The position numbers and the translations under genes were made by a program. Positions 25,014-37,900 of a DNA stretch of 64,000 bases are shown here, one piece after another. Within the stretch, counting starts at the first letter, position 1; every line of letters starts with the position of its first letter. Source of the stretch: Antedon mediterranea. Its lineage: Eukaryota > Animalia > Echinodermata. The stretch is taken from contig NC_092675.1 in NCBI RefSeq assembly GCF_964355755.1, forward strand, positions 23,222,912 through 23,286,911, written 5' to 3'. The notes below the pieces were generated by a model. The model had not been told where the DNA came from. It did no database searches and saw nothing but the letters and a program-made list of their open reading frames with translations.

Positions 25014-26069
25014 GTGGTCATCGTTAAATTGGTTGTTTAAACAACAATTAAATACTTTTAAGTATTTAATTGTATGTATTAAAATAAGTACAACAAAACA
25101 AACTCGCTCTAAAAATAACAAAAATTGCATATTTAACTTGGGACTTTGCAGTAAAAAGAGCATGTTAAAAAGATGAATCTGTCATTGAGTAAGATGAAAC
25201 TTAAATTGAATTAAAACCGATTTTCTTAATAATCATACTTAGAGATGCAAATCATCAAAATAATATTTATATGAAATTTAAAGCCTATGCATGTACGCCT
25301 GTGCCATGTTATGCTTTAAAAAAATTATCCAGTATAGTATGACCCGTGCCGGGTATTTTCTTTTTAATACCGTCGATGGAAAATTGCCTTGATCATTTCG
25401 AATTTATATCTCCATATTTTGACCTCGTGTTATTTCTTGTATACGTACGGCAATTGAAATAAAACCTTAAATCATACTACAAAAATACACCGTAAAAGTA
25501 GAAATGTGAAAGAAAACACGAGAGAGAAAAAAAACAAACTTTACAGTAGGTTTCTACAATATACAGCAAATAGTATCTTTGAATACAGTTAAAAATCCAC
25601 GGAATAAAATATATAGAGGGCAGCAATCAGGAAATCGTTTGTATATACCTGCAGTTTTTCAATATTTATTATAAATTTGACTGCAATTACCCACAGTAAA
25701 ATGGAATAGCCCGTGCTATTCTTTAACAGGCAATACCTCAAGACAAATACAATATATGTATGCCTCACTCTCAGCGACGTGCTGCAGCAAACCGCAATTG
25801 GGAGAGAGAGCAGCAACAAACAAAAACCTCCGCCGGTACGTTATGTGCTCTTACCGGCTTCACTTTTTTTAGAAACATTACTTTCTATACTATTATTCTG
25901 TGTAAGTTGATAATATAATAATATTGATGCACTTTTGCACCTCTATTGAGAATGTCTTTAGACTCTAGAGACATTCTCAATAATGCACCTCTAGTATTGA
26001 GAATGTCTTTAGACTCTAGGCCTAGGCCTACTCTAGGCCTACTAGCCTTATCTACTACTACTACTTTAT

Positions 26070-28155
26070 GCCGAAACTAGTGGGACAGATTAGTCCAAGC
26101 CAATCTCCCCGAGCACCTGGGTGATGCTAGAGCGCATCAAGGACTTTTTTTTTAACTTTTGCCTCTAACCCATTTCACTGAAGTTCATCTACCAAAAGAT
26201 GGGAAAGAAGATTGCAAAAAAATGGTGACACCAACAACGAGTTCTACTGGCTTGATCCTTGAGCCAGCAGGTTCGTCTTGTAGTATATAGCTGAGTGTTG
26301 TAACCATCAGGATGGAAATGCGGGTCAAAAGCTCTTGATGAGTTTACACAATTTTCTTCTCTCCTCGCCTTGATGGTGGAGACAGATGTCTCCTCTTGGA
26401 TTTGAGCGATAGCCAGCTGACAGGGTCTGCACTGCAGTCCTAGGCTGGGTGCCAGGTGATTGGATGAGGGAATTCTTGGCCTCTTTGGCCACCTTGCCTA
26501 TTCTCTTGAGGTCCATGTGGTTTAGCGACATAAATCATAAACTTGATCACCTTCTATATTGCTGCCTGGAGTTCATTCATGCATCATATCCTTTTGGCTG
26601 ATGCCCCCTTCATCCTCATTTAGATAGGAGATAATTTTGCCATGGTGGCCTCTGGTCTTCCAATTAAACTCCCTGTTGTTTTCCAGATATTGGAAATGCC
26701 TCATGCACAAAAGGTTTTGTGCAACCCAGAAACAAGATTCTACCTCTATGGCCGCAGGTTATGATGATTCCCCATCTACCTTTTGCTACCTCAGCCAGAT
26801 ATTGGTCGAATTGGCATACGGAGGTAAAAATGAAACAATAATAATGTATAATCTTTTCAGGTTGAACGTACCTCAGTCTCTGAATTTTGCACATTTTGGG
26901 AAAGAGAAAATCAGGGAAAGAGGTTTTTGCACTTGCCCTACTGCTGGCTATTAACTAGCACATACCTTATCCCCATGAGTTTTAGTACCTTTTCATGTGT
27001 TGCTGTGTCTCCCCAAGAGTAGCATGTGCTTCTCAAATTGAAAGATAAGGGTGGTCATGTAGCTTTCAGGTGGTTGCTCGTTAGGAGTGTTACTGGCTGC
27101 AAACATGAGGCCAGCTGGAAGATTGATTTCTCGTTTGAGGGAGTTGAGGGTGTTCCCTGTTTAGCAATTAACCAATGCCTGAAGGGCTCCAATAAGCTGC
27201 AGTACAAGTCCCAGTCCTGCTGCCTGCCTACAAAGCATCTTACAGCATCTATTAGTGTCAGGCTTTTTGCCATTGGCTGCTGGTCGATCTTGTACTGTAG
27301 ATCTGTTAAAATGTCTCCCTTGATCAGAGTGAAGTTACCAAAGAACTGAATTTGTTGTCTGACAAGCAAGTGGGCTAGCTTTTGGTGAATTGATCAAAAA
27401 ACATATTTCCAATAAACAAATTTAAACTTAACCATGGTAAATTTACCAAAGATAAAGGCCCAACGAGTTATGTACCCATTTCATTTGTGAACCTGCATGA
27501 AACTCGTTTTAGGGGTAACAACCTTTGTGATCAGTTTTCTTATCATGGTTACAAACGTCACAGGTTAATACATACCTCTTTAGATATATCCCTGGACATA
27601 CCATACTAGTAGAACTCCAGATGAGACCCTCTTGTATCCAGCCAAAGGGAGGTCGTGAAGTAGCTCCAGGAGGCGCTTGTGCTTTAGGAATAGAATGCCA
27701 TCATTGGACAGGTGAAGGCTGTCTCAATTCAACCAAAATAACTTCATGCCCTTGTCCATTTCACATGCCTGTGCCACTTCACAGGGCAGGTTGTCCAGTA
27801 TTCTTAACCCCAGACGAGACAGTAAGTCAGCGTTTGCATTTAACTTTATCCCTTTGATGTTTGTCCACCATAGTGTATTGGCTGAGCTCTTCCATCCAAT
27901 GGGTCAGCTGCCCTTGTGTACCACAACTAAAAAGCAAAGTCAGACTGACACTGTGGTCGGTTCTTACATGGAAAGGCTTTCCCAGCAGTTAGTGGCCAGT
28001 AATTCCTAATAATGGCCAGCAATTCCTTACTTATTCAGTAGTTCTGTTGTTCAGTAGATGTTAGCGTTACTCATTCCTTACCAGCTTGCACATGCAACAA
28101 TTCACAATTGGTGTGATCTGATGCATCCATGCCAACCCAAGGATGAATTCATCGT
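26070..28155 (-). mobile_element. Degraded Gypsy internal region: RNase H, integrase and a downstream TatD-like ORF
   Basis: Minus-strand remnants of RNase H (FIL..MDASD, KELLAII, GKPFHVRTDH, GQLTHWMEELSQY..ANADLLSR) and integrase (TLIDAVRCFVGRQQDWDLY). They are followed by FLGCTK, AFDPHFHPD (26306-26329), PVELVVGVTIF and VLGEIGLD (26093-26116). Confidence 0.8.
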
Positions 28156-31100
28156 TTGTTAGTAGCTAAGCAATGGCTGTACAGCTCCAGCAGCCTTTAC
28201 AGCAGACCCAAAGTGTGCTATCTGCTCTGTTGAGATGTTATCCGCTCTGTTGAGATGTTATCCAGACCAATTGCTGTTTTTTCTGGCTTCATTGAAGATA
28301 TGCCCTTTTCCAGTTCTTCCATGGACAGGGGGCGGGTATGCCCAGAATCCTCACTGTGCTTTGATCTGGTGAGTTTGGTCTTCTGTTTCACCTTTCCACA
28401 TTTTCAGTAGCAGTTGATTGGCAACTTGGTTAGCAGTTACTTTTGGCTGTTGAGGTGGTGTTTTTGGGTCGCCACGAAGCTTTCTTTCTTTTTACTGTTT
28501 GTTGTCATGTCGGTTGACTCTATCAGGGTGTGCCAGGTCTTGCGGAGCTCCTCAGAGATGCTGTCTATTACTCTCTTGTCTACTTCTGTTTGTTTCCTCG
28601 GAGAAGGGATTTACTTAAAACAAGATGGTGTACTTTTCGTAGAGCTCAGAACTTTCCTTGGTCATTCCAGGGATATATTCAGCTCTGCAGCCCCGTGGGA
28701 TGTGTTTTCTCGTTGTCTTCTTCACTAGCCTGCAATGAGGTTGGTAGCAGTGAGTAGGTCAGGGTTATAGCCGCGTCTCCAGTGCTTTGAAATGATGAAG
28801 GAAGCTTTGGGTCATGAATTAGACAGAGTTGATTATTGTCCATCTATTATTCCACTGCCTCCCCATCTTTGTTGGTTTCTCTGTAGCCCCACTAGGTGCT
28901 ATGACTGTTGAAGTTGCCAATAATGATGTGCGGTTTACTGTGTGCCAGTGGGAAAGGGTGCGGAAACCGGTAGTTTGTAGACAGATGATATTACCTCGAT
29001 ATTATCATCTTCTGAAACTAATGTGGCTTCAATAACACAACTTGCTCGGACAAAGATGGCACTTCCATACTGGCGATGTGGTCTTTTGGTAACAAGTACC
29101 ATTCCAGGTATGTTTGGGCGGTTGTTGTCGCTCGCTCTATAAGTCTCCTGTAAGCAGAGTACATCACAGTTTGCTGCAAAGTTCTGCTAAGATTTCTTGT
29201 TTGGCTGATGATATGCCTTCCACATTTGCAAAGATGACAGTCAAAGCTGGTCCTAGAAAGGACCCTCTTTGGTCTCTTGGCATGTTGTTAACACGATCTA
29301 GTTGCGGTAGTGTTAGGATTACTTCGCTAAAGTAGTAGTCCATGGGATTTAGCTAAAAAATGACCCTTTTCTCACACAAATTGCAAGAAAAGGTTTTTTT
29401 GATGAAATGTGTTCTTTAGACCCTACTGAACATATTTATCAACGTTAGGACATTTTTCGACAACGGGAAGTAGCCTAATTTGCATAATTAAAAATGGCCG
29501 CCATTTTTGAAAACGTACTCTGTATCTTGAAAACCGCTAGTCACAGATACTTAATTATGGTGTCAAAATCGTTAGAATATATGTTTTTATATTCACTTTA
29601 TTGAAAAAGTTTGTCCAAAAATGAATGGAAGTGCTATTTCTAACATTATTGACCTTTGACCTTGAATTCTCATATCTCAGCAACCACTAATCGGAGATAT
29701 ACAAATTAGGGCTTAAATTGTTCAGAAACTACACATTTATATCCAGTCTAATGGCATGTTTTTGCAAAAAATGGCGGATTCTAACATTATTGACCTTTGA
29801 CCTTGATTTATCATATCTTAGCAACCACTAATCTGAGAGACACACAATATGGCTCAAACTGTTTAGAAACTACATATTTATATTTAGTCTAATGGCATGT
29901 TTTTGCAAAAAATGGCCGATTCTAACATTATTGACCTTTGAACTTTGCACTACATAAAATCGCATAACTTTGAAAATATTGTACATATGAAATTATTTTT
30001 AGTGTCAAATTATTCAGAACATACATGTTTCTATAGAGTCCAATGACACATTATGTCCAATAATGGCCTATTGTATGGTTATTAACATTTGAACTATATT
30101 TGAAAAGCCTTTAAACCCGGAATCTTCTTCATGTGGACATCCATTAGAACATGTGATTTGGCACTCTAAAATGTAAGAGTTGCAATGTTGACTTATTATG
30201 TTTAGTTTAAAGTAGGCCATGGTACACTAAATTTATAAGCATAAACTATTGCATTCATCCATAAACTGCCTACAAGTTTACACGTTTGTTTATTTTATTT
30301 CTTATCGTTTTCGCAGCTGAAGCTGAATTACAATATATTTATATTAAAAGCATTAAAATTGATGATTAAAAAATGGTAAAAATTAAACCACATAGAAACA
30401 TGGTACATACACAATACATTCACGTAAAAAAAGTACAAAAACAAGTAATAAAAGGTTAAAAACTATACACGACTAGTAGTCGTACTGTATATGGTTATTG
30501 AAATAAATAAATAAATTCCATAAGAAACTGAGGTTTTTACTGTATACGGCGAAAATATTGCAAGTGGTGGTCAGCCTAATTATGAGTCTCGATAGCCAAT
30601 TAATTAAACTAAACTAAATATGTTGCATTAATATCGATCTTTTAAAATTCCAGTTGTCAACAATGCGTCTATTAGTAGAAAATGCCTTCTTAATAAGACT
30701 ATGTTTCAACCTAATGCCCTCAAGAGTGATGCTATCCTTAGCAAAATATAAACTAAATAATCTTTAGAAATTTGTTTTTTGAATATGCCATTTAATGGCA
30801 ATTTAATTTGATCAAAATATAAATTACTAACTTGAAAAAAACGTTAATAAACCTGCAAAATGGCATGGCCTATTTAAAGTATGTACAATGTAACAATATA
30901 TTATAAAAAAACTACATTTTTGTTGGCTCTGTTAATAGTGTCAACACCAACTTTCTCCTGAGTAAGATGTAAGACCTAATTAAAAATTTATTAATAATCC
31001 AAACCTATAATGTATGTATACATAGTCTAATATTTTTTTTTTTAAGTGAATATTTCAGTTTTTAAATTTAATTTAAATCAACTGGTTACATGCACTTTAA

Positions 31101-32010
31101 ATTACCACCATATTCTAAACAAGTAGTGCCAAATCACATGTTCTAATGAATGCCTACATGAAGAAGATTCCGGGTTTAAAAATCCTTTTCAAATATAGTT
31201 CAAATGTTAATAACCATACAATAGGTCATTATTGGACATAATGTGTCATTGGACTCTATAGAAACATGTATGTTCTGAATAATTTGACACTAAAAATAAT
31301 TTCATATCTACAATATTTTCAAAGTTATGCGATTTTATGTAGTGCAAAGTTCAAAGGTCAATAATGTTAGAATCGGCCATTTTTTGCAAAAACATGCCAT
31401 TAGACTAAATATAAATATGTAGTTTCTAAACAGTTTGAGCCATATTGTGTGTCTCTCAGATTAGTGGTTGCTAAGATATGATAAATCAAGGTCAAAGGTC
31501 AATAATGTTAGAATCCGCCATTTTTTGCAAAAACATGCCATTAGACTGGATATAAATGTGTAGTTTATGAACAATTTAAGCCCTAATTTGTATATCTCCG
31601 ATTAGTGGTTGCTGAGATATGATAAATCAAGGTCAAAGGTCAATAATGTTAGAAATAGCACTTCCATTCATTTTTGGACAAACTTTGTCATTAAAGTGAA
31701 TATAAAAACATATGTTCTAATGATTTTGACACCATAATTAAGTATCTGTGACTAGCGGTTTCCAAGATACAGAGTACGTTATTAAAAATGGCGGCCATTT
31801 TTAATTATGCAAATTAGGCTACTTCCTGTTGTCGAAAAATGTCCTAACGTTGATAAATGTGTTCAGTATGGTCTAAAGAACACATTTCATCAAAAAAACC
31901 TTTTCTTGCAATTTGTGTGAGTTAAAAGTCTAAATCCCATGGACTATAGGGCGAAGTGACAGTACTACTAGCTTGACTACACACTGCACTAAACTTATCC
32001 AGGGCCGCGT
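28150..32010 (-). mobile_element. Vingi/Ingi-like LINE 5' portion (APE endonuclease plus RT start), split by an Academ insertion
   Basis: ATG at 29283: MPRDQRGSFLGPALTVIFANVEGISSAKQEILAELC../CDVLCLQET, then PHIIIGNFNSHST*WGY, and GLDNISTEQIAHFG near 28200-28270. The 5' UTR resumes at 31950. Confidence 0.75.
29336..31946. mobile_element. Non-autonomous Academ fold-back element with about 830-bp inverted arms
   Basis: Termini tagtccatgggatttag / ctaaatcccatggacta; 3-bp TSD TAG. Arms at about 29336-30165 and 31125-31946 are near-perfect reverse complements. Confidence 0.88.
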
Positions 32011-32724
32011 GTATATGAATACGGACACTCCTAACTTGGCACCAAAAACATGGTTACACAGGTACTGTGATACGAGGGGGTGACAGAAGTGCCCTGGTAT
32101 TCCGGCTTTGCCCAGGTATTAAAATACGAGAATATACGAGTGTTTGATTCTTTAATCCTCTCCAGATTTTGTGAGAATGGGTTAAAAACTTTTTTGTTTT
32201 GTTTTTTTGTAGGCCTTATATGGAAGACTGGCTGAAAAGGTATCCAATTTTAAGATTGCGGTGATGCAGGCACATACAGGACCGACCATAAAACCCAATA
32301 AAAGGTAAAGTAAATAGGTTAAAATAGGTTCGCCAATGCATTATTTTTTGTGTTATTATAAGTGAAAATTTGTATTGACCAATCCACTCACTTTGTGGCG
32401 ATGTCATAGGCATATAATATACAATACAAACTAGAAGTCATTGTTTAACTCCAGTAGAACACAGGTTATATTATAGAGTTTTACCATTGAGATGCACCAC
32501 ATGATATGGTTGTATCCTATCGACTAAATAAAGTTAGAGTGCAGTTTGAAGTAACACCTCTACACGGATATCAGGAAATTATCCCATTATGACACATTTC
32601 ATCACCTTTCACTAGTAAGAAATAAATGTTGACTTACTTATTGTACTCTAATTTTCAGATTCGCCTTTCTACATAGACAGCCAGTTTACAGCAGCATTCT
32701 ACAGTACACCTACCAAGAAACAAA

Positions 32725-33735
32725 ATGTGGTTTATAGACACGTCATTATCAGATTGGTTAAAGCACAAAGAAGATCTTCAAACAGTGCAACAAGTTCCTA
32801 AAATATTTCGTGAACCGTACATCCAGTTTGGCTACCGTCGCCCTGACCAACCCCTACTCTACTATTTTAAAAGCCTGTTTCAGTTTCATAACGAGACATT
32901 AAATGTATGGACACATGGCATAGGGTGTATTTTTATCCTTTGCAAGTCCATACATTACTGTCAACACCTTGACATTACAGACCAATTTGCTCAAATATTT
33001 TGTTTGTTTTGTTTTGCTAGCTTTGTGTATCTGTTCTTGAGTATGTTAGCACATCTGCTTCACTCTCACTCATATTTAATGCATTATGTGAGTTTTTATT
33101 TTGATTACATGGGTATAAGTATATATGGGCTTGGTGGAGGTATAGGTTATTTTTATCTTACTTCAGATCCTGAGTTTTTAAGTTACTTAAAAAATGTTTA
33201 CATGCCACTTAATTGGACCTTTGCATACTTACTATGTGCATGTTGTACTTATGCTAAATATCGTTACGAACGTCCATACCCACCAATGCGTAAAGTATGG
33301 CAGATGTTACCTGCTGCGTCTGGATACCTGACAGCTGTTTCCCCCTTCCTTGTACATCGCTTACCCTACGGGCTAATACATCGGTCATTTAATGAGGCTG
33401 ATAGTCTTCATGTTGCTCAGATATGTCTCTTTATCATTGCTTCATTTTTCTTTTCTGTGCCGTATCCTCAGAAATTGATACCAGGGAAATTTGATATCTT
33501 AGGGCATAGTCATCAGTTATTTCATGTGTTTGTTGCTGGCTCGACATCTTGTCTTATGGATGCATTATTTCTTGATTTTAAATCTAGGAGGGAGGTTTAC
33601 TCAAATTTTCATCAACCCACGCTGTTTGATATATTCGGATACATGCTAGCTCTCATTGCAGCTGACATTGTAACCATCTGGATTTTTAGAGAACTCACAA
33701 AACGTAAAATACAGAAAGAAAAAAAGCATTGGTGA
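32725..33735 (+). CDS. PAQR family membrane progestin receptor (mPR alpha/beta, PAQR7/8-like)
   Basis: 336-aa intronless ORF with PAQR motifs EPYIQFGYR, HNETLNVWTH, SMLAHLLHSHS, DYMGI and PGKFDILGHSHQLFH; multiple TM segments; splice acceptor at 32659; AATAAA at 33761. Confidence 0.95.
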   Translation: MWFIDTSLSDWLKHKEDLQTVQQVPKIFREPYIQFGYRRPDQPLLYYFKSLFQFHNETLNVWTHGIGCIFILCKSIHYCQHLDITDQFAQIFCLFCFASFVYLFLSMLAHLLHSHSYLMHYVSFYFDYMGISIYGLGGGIGYFYLTSDPEFLSYLKNVYMPLNWTFAYLLCACCTYAKYRYERPYPPMRKVWQMLPAASGYLTAVSPFLVHRLPYGLIHRSFNEADSLHVAQICLFIIASFFFSVPYPQKLIPGKFDILGHSHQLFHVFVAGSTSCLMDALFLDFKSRREVYSNFHQPTLFDIFGYMLALIAADIVTIWIFRELTKRKIQKEKKHW

Positions 33736-34964
33736 ATCTGTATACAGAAAAAAAAGTACAAATAAAACATTTAATTAATCTCATTTCAGTGTTCACTATT
33801 CAAATTGGCACCATTAAACCATCATTCACTTACAAGAACTTTATAACACCAGATATTTTTTTTTCTTTTTTTAATATCCAACCAATTAATAGGTCATGAT
33901 CACAGGAAACCTGCAATATGTCCCCTGGACAGGGATGTCTCAAATGAGTTTTACTGTGACACACCAAAAAATTCCCTCCCAGTATTGTGTGTGATGTGAA
34001 AAACATTTAAAACTAGTTTACATGTATTTTTTATGTTTAACCTTTCCTGATTTATTATATGTTAGTAGATTTAGTAGAACATAAAAATGTTTTATAAGTG
34101 TTTAAGAATTATTGGTACAAACAATGTGTAATAACCACTTGCAATAGTTAAATGTCATTCACACTATAATCAAGGCTGTATCATAATCATTTCTTTGTTT
34201 GAAGCCTGAACGAACACTAAATAAATCACATAATGTATTTTAGTTTACCTTTTGTGTTCATCTTTTTTTATTAAGCAATATGCAGTTAGATTGCAATATT
34301 TTTTTTATACTAAAGAATTAAAATATGTACTTACAAGTACCAAGTACTTTTGGGTTTAAAAATACAACTTCACAATTTACAAACTTATCATTTATAAGAA
34401 AAAAAACAATCAGGCAAATACAGTATATCCATACTGTACTAAAATAATATTTTGTATTAAAATCCATTACAAAGTAATTAAGTGTAAGTAAGTGTATTGA
34501 ACACCATACCATTATTAGATGATTGTGAAAGTGCAAGTGAGCATTTATCCCAACTTTGTTGAATGGTTTTGGTTTCATTACATGCTTTAAAAAATATTTA
34601 ATTTTGAGTTCAAGCAACTTTGATTTGGACTTGGCAATGTAAAATATAGGATAGAATGTTTATTTATCATGTTTGTAAAATTTAGCAAATTATGCAATAA
34701 TAATTATGTAACAAAACAAATTTGATGTGCCCATATATGCACATGATGTCATATCACTACCATTTTTAGGCATATCACTACCATATTTGGGCACATCACA
34801 CTTTTTTTGTCAGACTAGTTTGATAGTGTAGACAGAGCTTAAGAAAAAATGTTACAATAGTATCAATGTCCATTTCAACTAAATTCTTGTATCATTTAAA
34901 CCCTTTCACATTGACCAAATTGGTAATTTACACAATAGTAAACTTTTTCTGGAATCTCAGAAAC

Positions 34965-37900
34965 TAGTCCAGTCAATCTACCGATAGACCCAAAACAAAT
35001 TGCAATAGTTTCCGAACCTTTTTTATTTGATTCTATATGTTCCCGGAAGGAACATTTCCAAAATCTACCAAAATCGGTTCAGTGGAACATACTTTTTTAA
35101 GGGGTCAAGAGGTCATGAGGGTCAAATTATATATTTGTATATCTCAGTAACCGCTTGGCCGAACTTGGTAATTTTGGTGTCAAACAATTCAGAAGACCCA
35201 TATTTATATTCACTCTAATGAAAGTTTTTTATAAAAAATGACCGGAATCCATGTTTTTGACCTTTGACCTATTATTTTGGCATATTCATATCTCGGTAAC
35301 CACTGGGCGTAAACAAGCGTTTTTGGTGTCAAAATACCCAGGTCTATTTTTATATTCACTCTAATGAAAACGTTTTGTGTATTATGACTAGACGACATCA
35401 TTTTGACCTTTGACATATATTCATTATTTTATATTATTTCACTAATTAAATTTTTTGTATCTCGGTGACCAATAGGCGTAACTTCGTAATTTTTGTGTTA
35501 ATCAATTCAGAAGACCCTTATTTATATTCACTCTAATAAAACTTTTTACAAAAAAATGACCGGAAACTACTCTTTTGACCTTTGACCTATTATATTGGTA
35601 TATTCATATCTTTGTAACCAATGGGCGTAGATGAGCATTTTTTGTGTTAAAATATTCAAAAGGTCTATGTTTATATTCACTCTAATGAAAAAGTGTTGTG
35701 TGGTATGACCGGAAGTCATCGTTTTGACCGTTAACATATATTCTTTATTTCATATCTCACTAAATATATTTTTTGTATCTCGGTGACCAATAAGCGTAAC
35801 TTTTGTGTTAAACAATTCAGAAGAACCATATTTATTTACTCTAATGAAACTATTTTTACAGAAAATGACCGGAAGCTTTCAACTATTATATTTATATATT
35901 TGTATCTTTGTGAACTATGGGTTTAGATGCGCATTTTTTGTGTCAAACAACTCAGAAGGATATCCACTCTAATAAAAAATGTCTGTGTATATAGTCAATG
36001 CGAAAGTAATTATTTTGACCTTTGATATCTATCAGGAAAACGTTTAGTAATTGGGGCAATATATTGGTGTTATAGTTCTTCATAGATCTGCACCCAAGAT
36101 AACATTTAACTATTCATTATTCTGTTTATATTTACTCTAAAAACACACAAAACAGAAAAATATCCAAATAGGCCTGGTTGAGAATATTTACCAATCGTCT
36201 GATTTTGCAAACCCATTGTTGAATCTTCAGAATCGGTATCTTCATTATTATCTAGTGAAATGTTTGCGCATACACCTCGACACTCACTACATGCCATGGA
36301 GCAATCTAATCCATTGTTCCTACAGCTGCATTTCATATTATAGCAGCCTGTTTTGCATTTGCATCTTATGATTTGTATGAGCGATTGTGGTGCTGGGGGG
36401 TTGTCCGCCAAATATGGTATCATCCTGCCTTGGCTGATCTTCCATCCATATTTATCTGGAGGTACATTTTCTTCATTTCCAAGCCAAACTTGAACTTGTT
36501 GGTACACCCTTAGACTATGATACTTTGCCGCTGATGCCGTTGGGGGTAAAGAACGTGGATGAACTGCTTTAGTACTGCATGCAGTCTTTTCATGAAATTT
36601 ACGAAACCTCAATTCATCTAGGTTTTCATTATCGCTGCTACCATCAAAGATAAAATGGCGTTATTACCCGCTGCAATTACCTCCTGTCTGTTTGCCTTAC
36701 AAGTCATAAACACTTTGGCTTGTTCAGAAAAGAAACAGTCACTTCTTACTTTAGTTACTGCTTTGATTTTCCCAATACCAAAAAATCGCGATGTCGTGTC
36801 ACATCCAAGGAACGCGTGACAAAATAGGATATATTTACAAACATCGCTGCCAAGGTCAAGTCTTGTTGCCGCAATGTTCCAACATCGTTGCACCTTTTTA
36901 GTTTCTTTCCTTTGGTTTGGCTTGAACCATACGTTATGTTTGGTGTGACCACCATGGTGGATAAGGAGGACTAGGATGTCTGTATCATCTGCGATGACAA
37001 CTGTGCCTATTTGTTCTGCACAGGACAGAGCCATCTTCGACACAAGATAGTCAGCGTCAGCTTCTGCGTGGTGAACAGTACAACCTTCTTTTTCAAGACT
37101 ATTTCCCCAAAATCTTAATGAATCTTTGTTTGTTTTGAACGTTTGACAGAAATTCTTCTTTTTTTGGTTTGTAAGGTCATAGATTGGTCAAAGTGTACAG
37201 CTACACCACCACCACCACTTCTCCTTGTATGTGTACAGTCTTTTGTACTTAGTGAGTTATCGTACCCATCAAAACCAACAATGGGTTTTCCATATTTGTG
37301 AGAAACATATTTAGTGTATACTCTCATAATGTCACCCCATGAAGCCCCTCTTGTCCATGGAATTTTATGAAGTAGTGCTCCTCCATCTAAGACGTACTGA
37401 ATTTGATCAGGAGGTTCTGGAGCAACCTCGATTGCTGTTGACCACAAACTATCAGCTAAACTAGCTTTATTTGCAGACCTCATCATATCTGGTGATTCAA
37501 ACAATCTAAATATATCTGATACATTATCGCATCTTGTGCCGGCAGTTACAAGTCGTTGAAATAGAAGTAAAGGATCTACATTGACCACATCATCTTTTAT
37601 CTTCAATGCGCTTTTAGAGTTCATTGTAATGGATTGGCTCTTTTTCAGAAATGTGTAGTCGGCGACCTTTTGGTTTGTCATTGATTGCACAATTTGTTGA
37701 CCTACATGCTTGGCATTGTCACAGTCTACATTGATATGTGCCGTCACTCCAGTTGCAATGTTTGTCTGTGATTTTGTACTGTCTGTATTGAATGGATTTC
37801 GCTGTGTCAGATACCTTGATATGTCTTGTACATCACTGAGGTCCTTCATCTTTCTGGCATATGTTGTTTCTTTATGTTGTTCACTGGTAGTATACGAAAT

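Noticed and set aside
20774-25910. Similar short ORFs at 20774-20989 and 25713-25910 as protein paralogs
   Set aside because: The similarity comes from the inverted DNA duplication; non-ATG starts and no known motif.
29245-29283. 2A-like peptide at the Vingi N-terminus (SFLGP)
   Set aside because: Lacks the D(V/I)ExNPGP consensus.
31950-32120. HDV-like ribozyme at the Vingi 5' end
   Set aside because: I could not build the nested double pseudoknot by eye; only one hairpin is supported.
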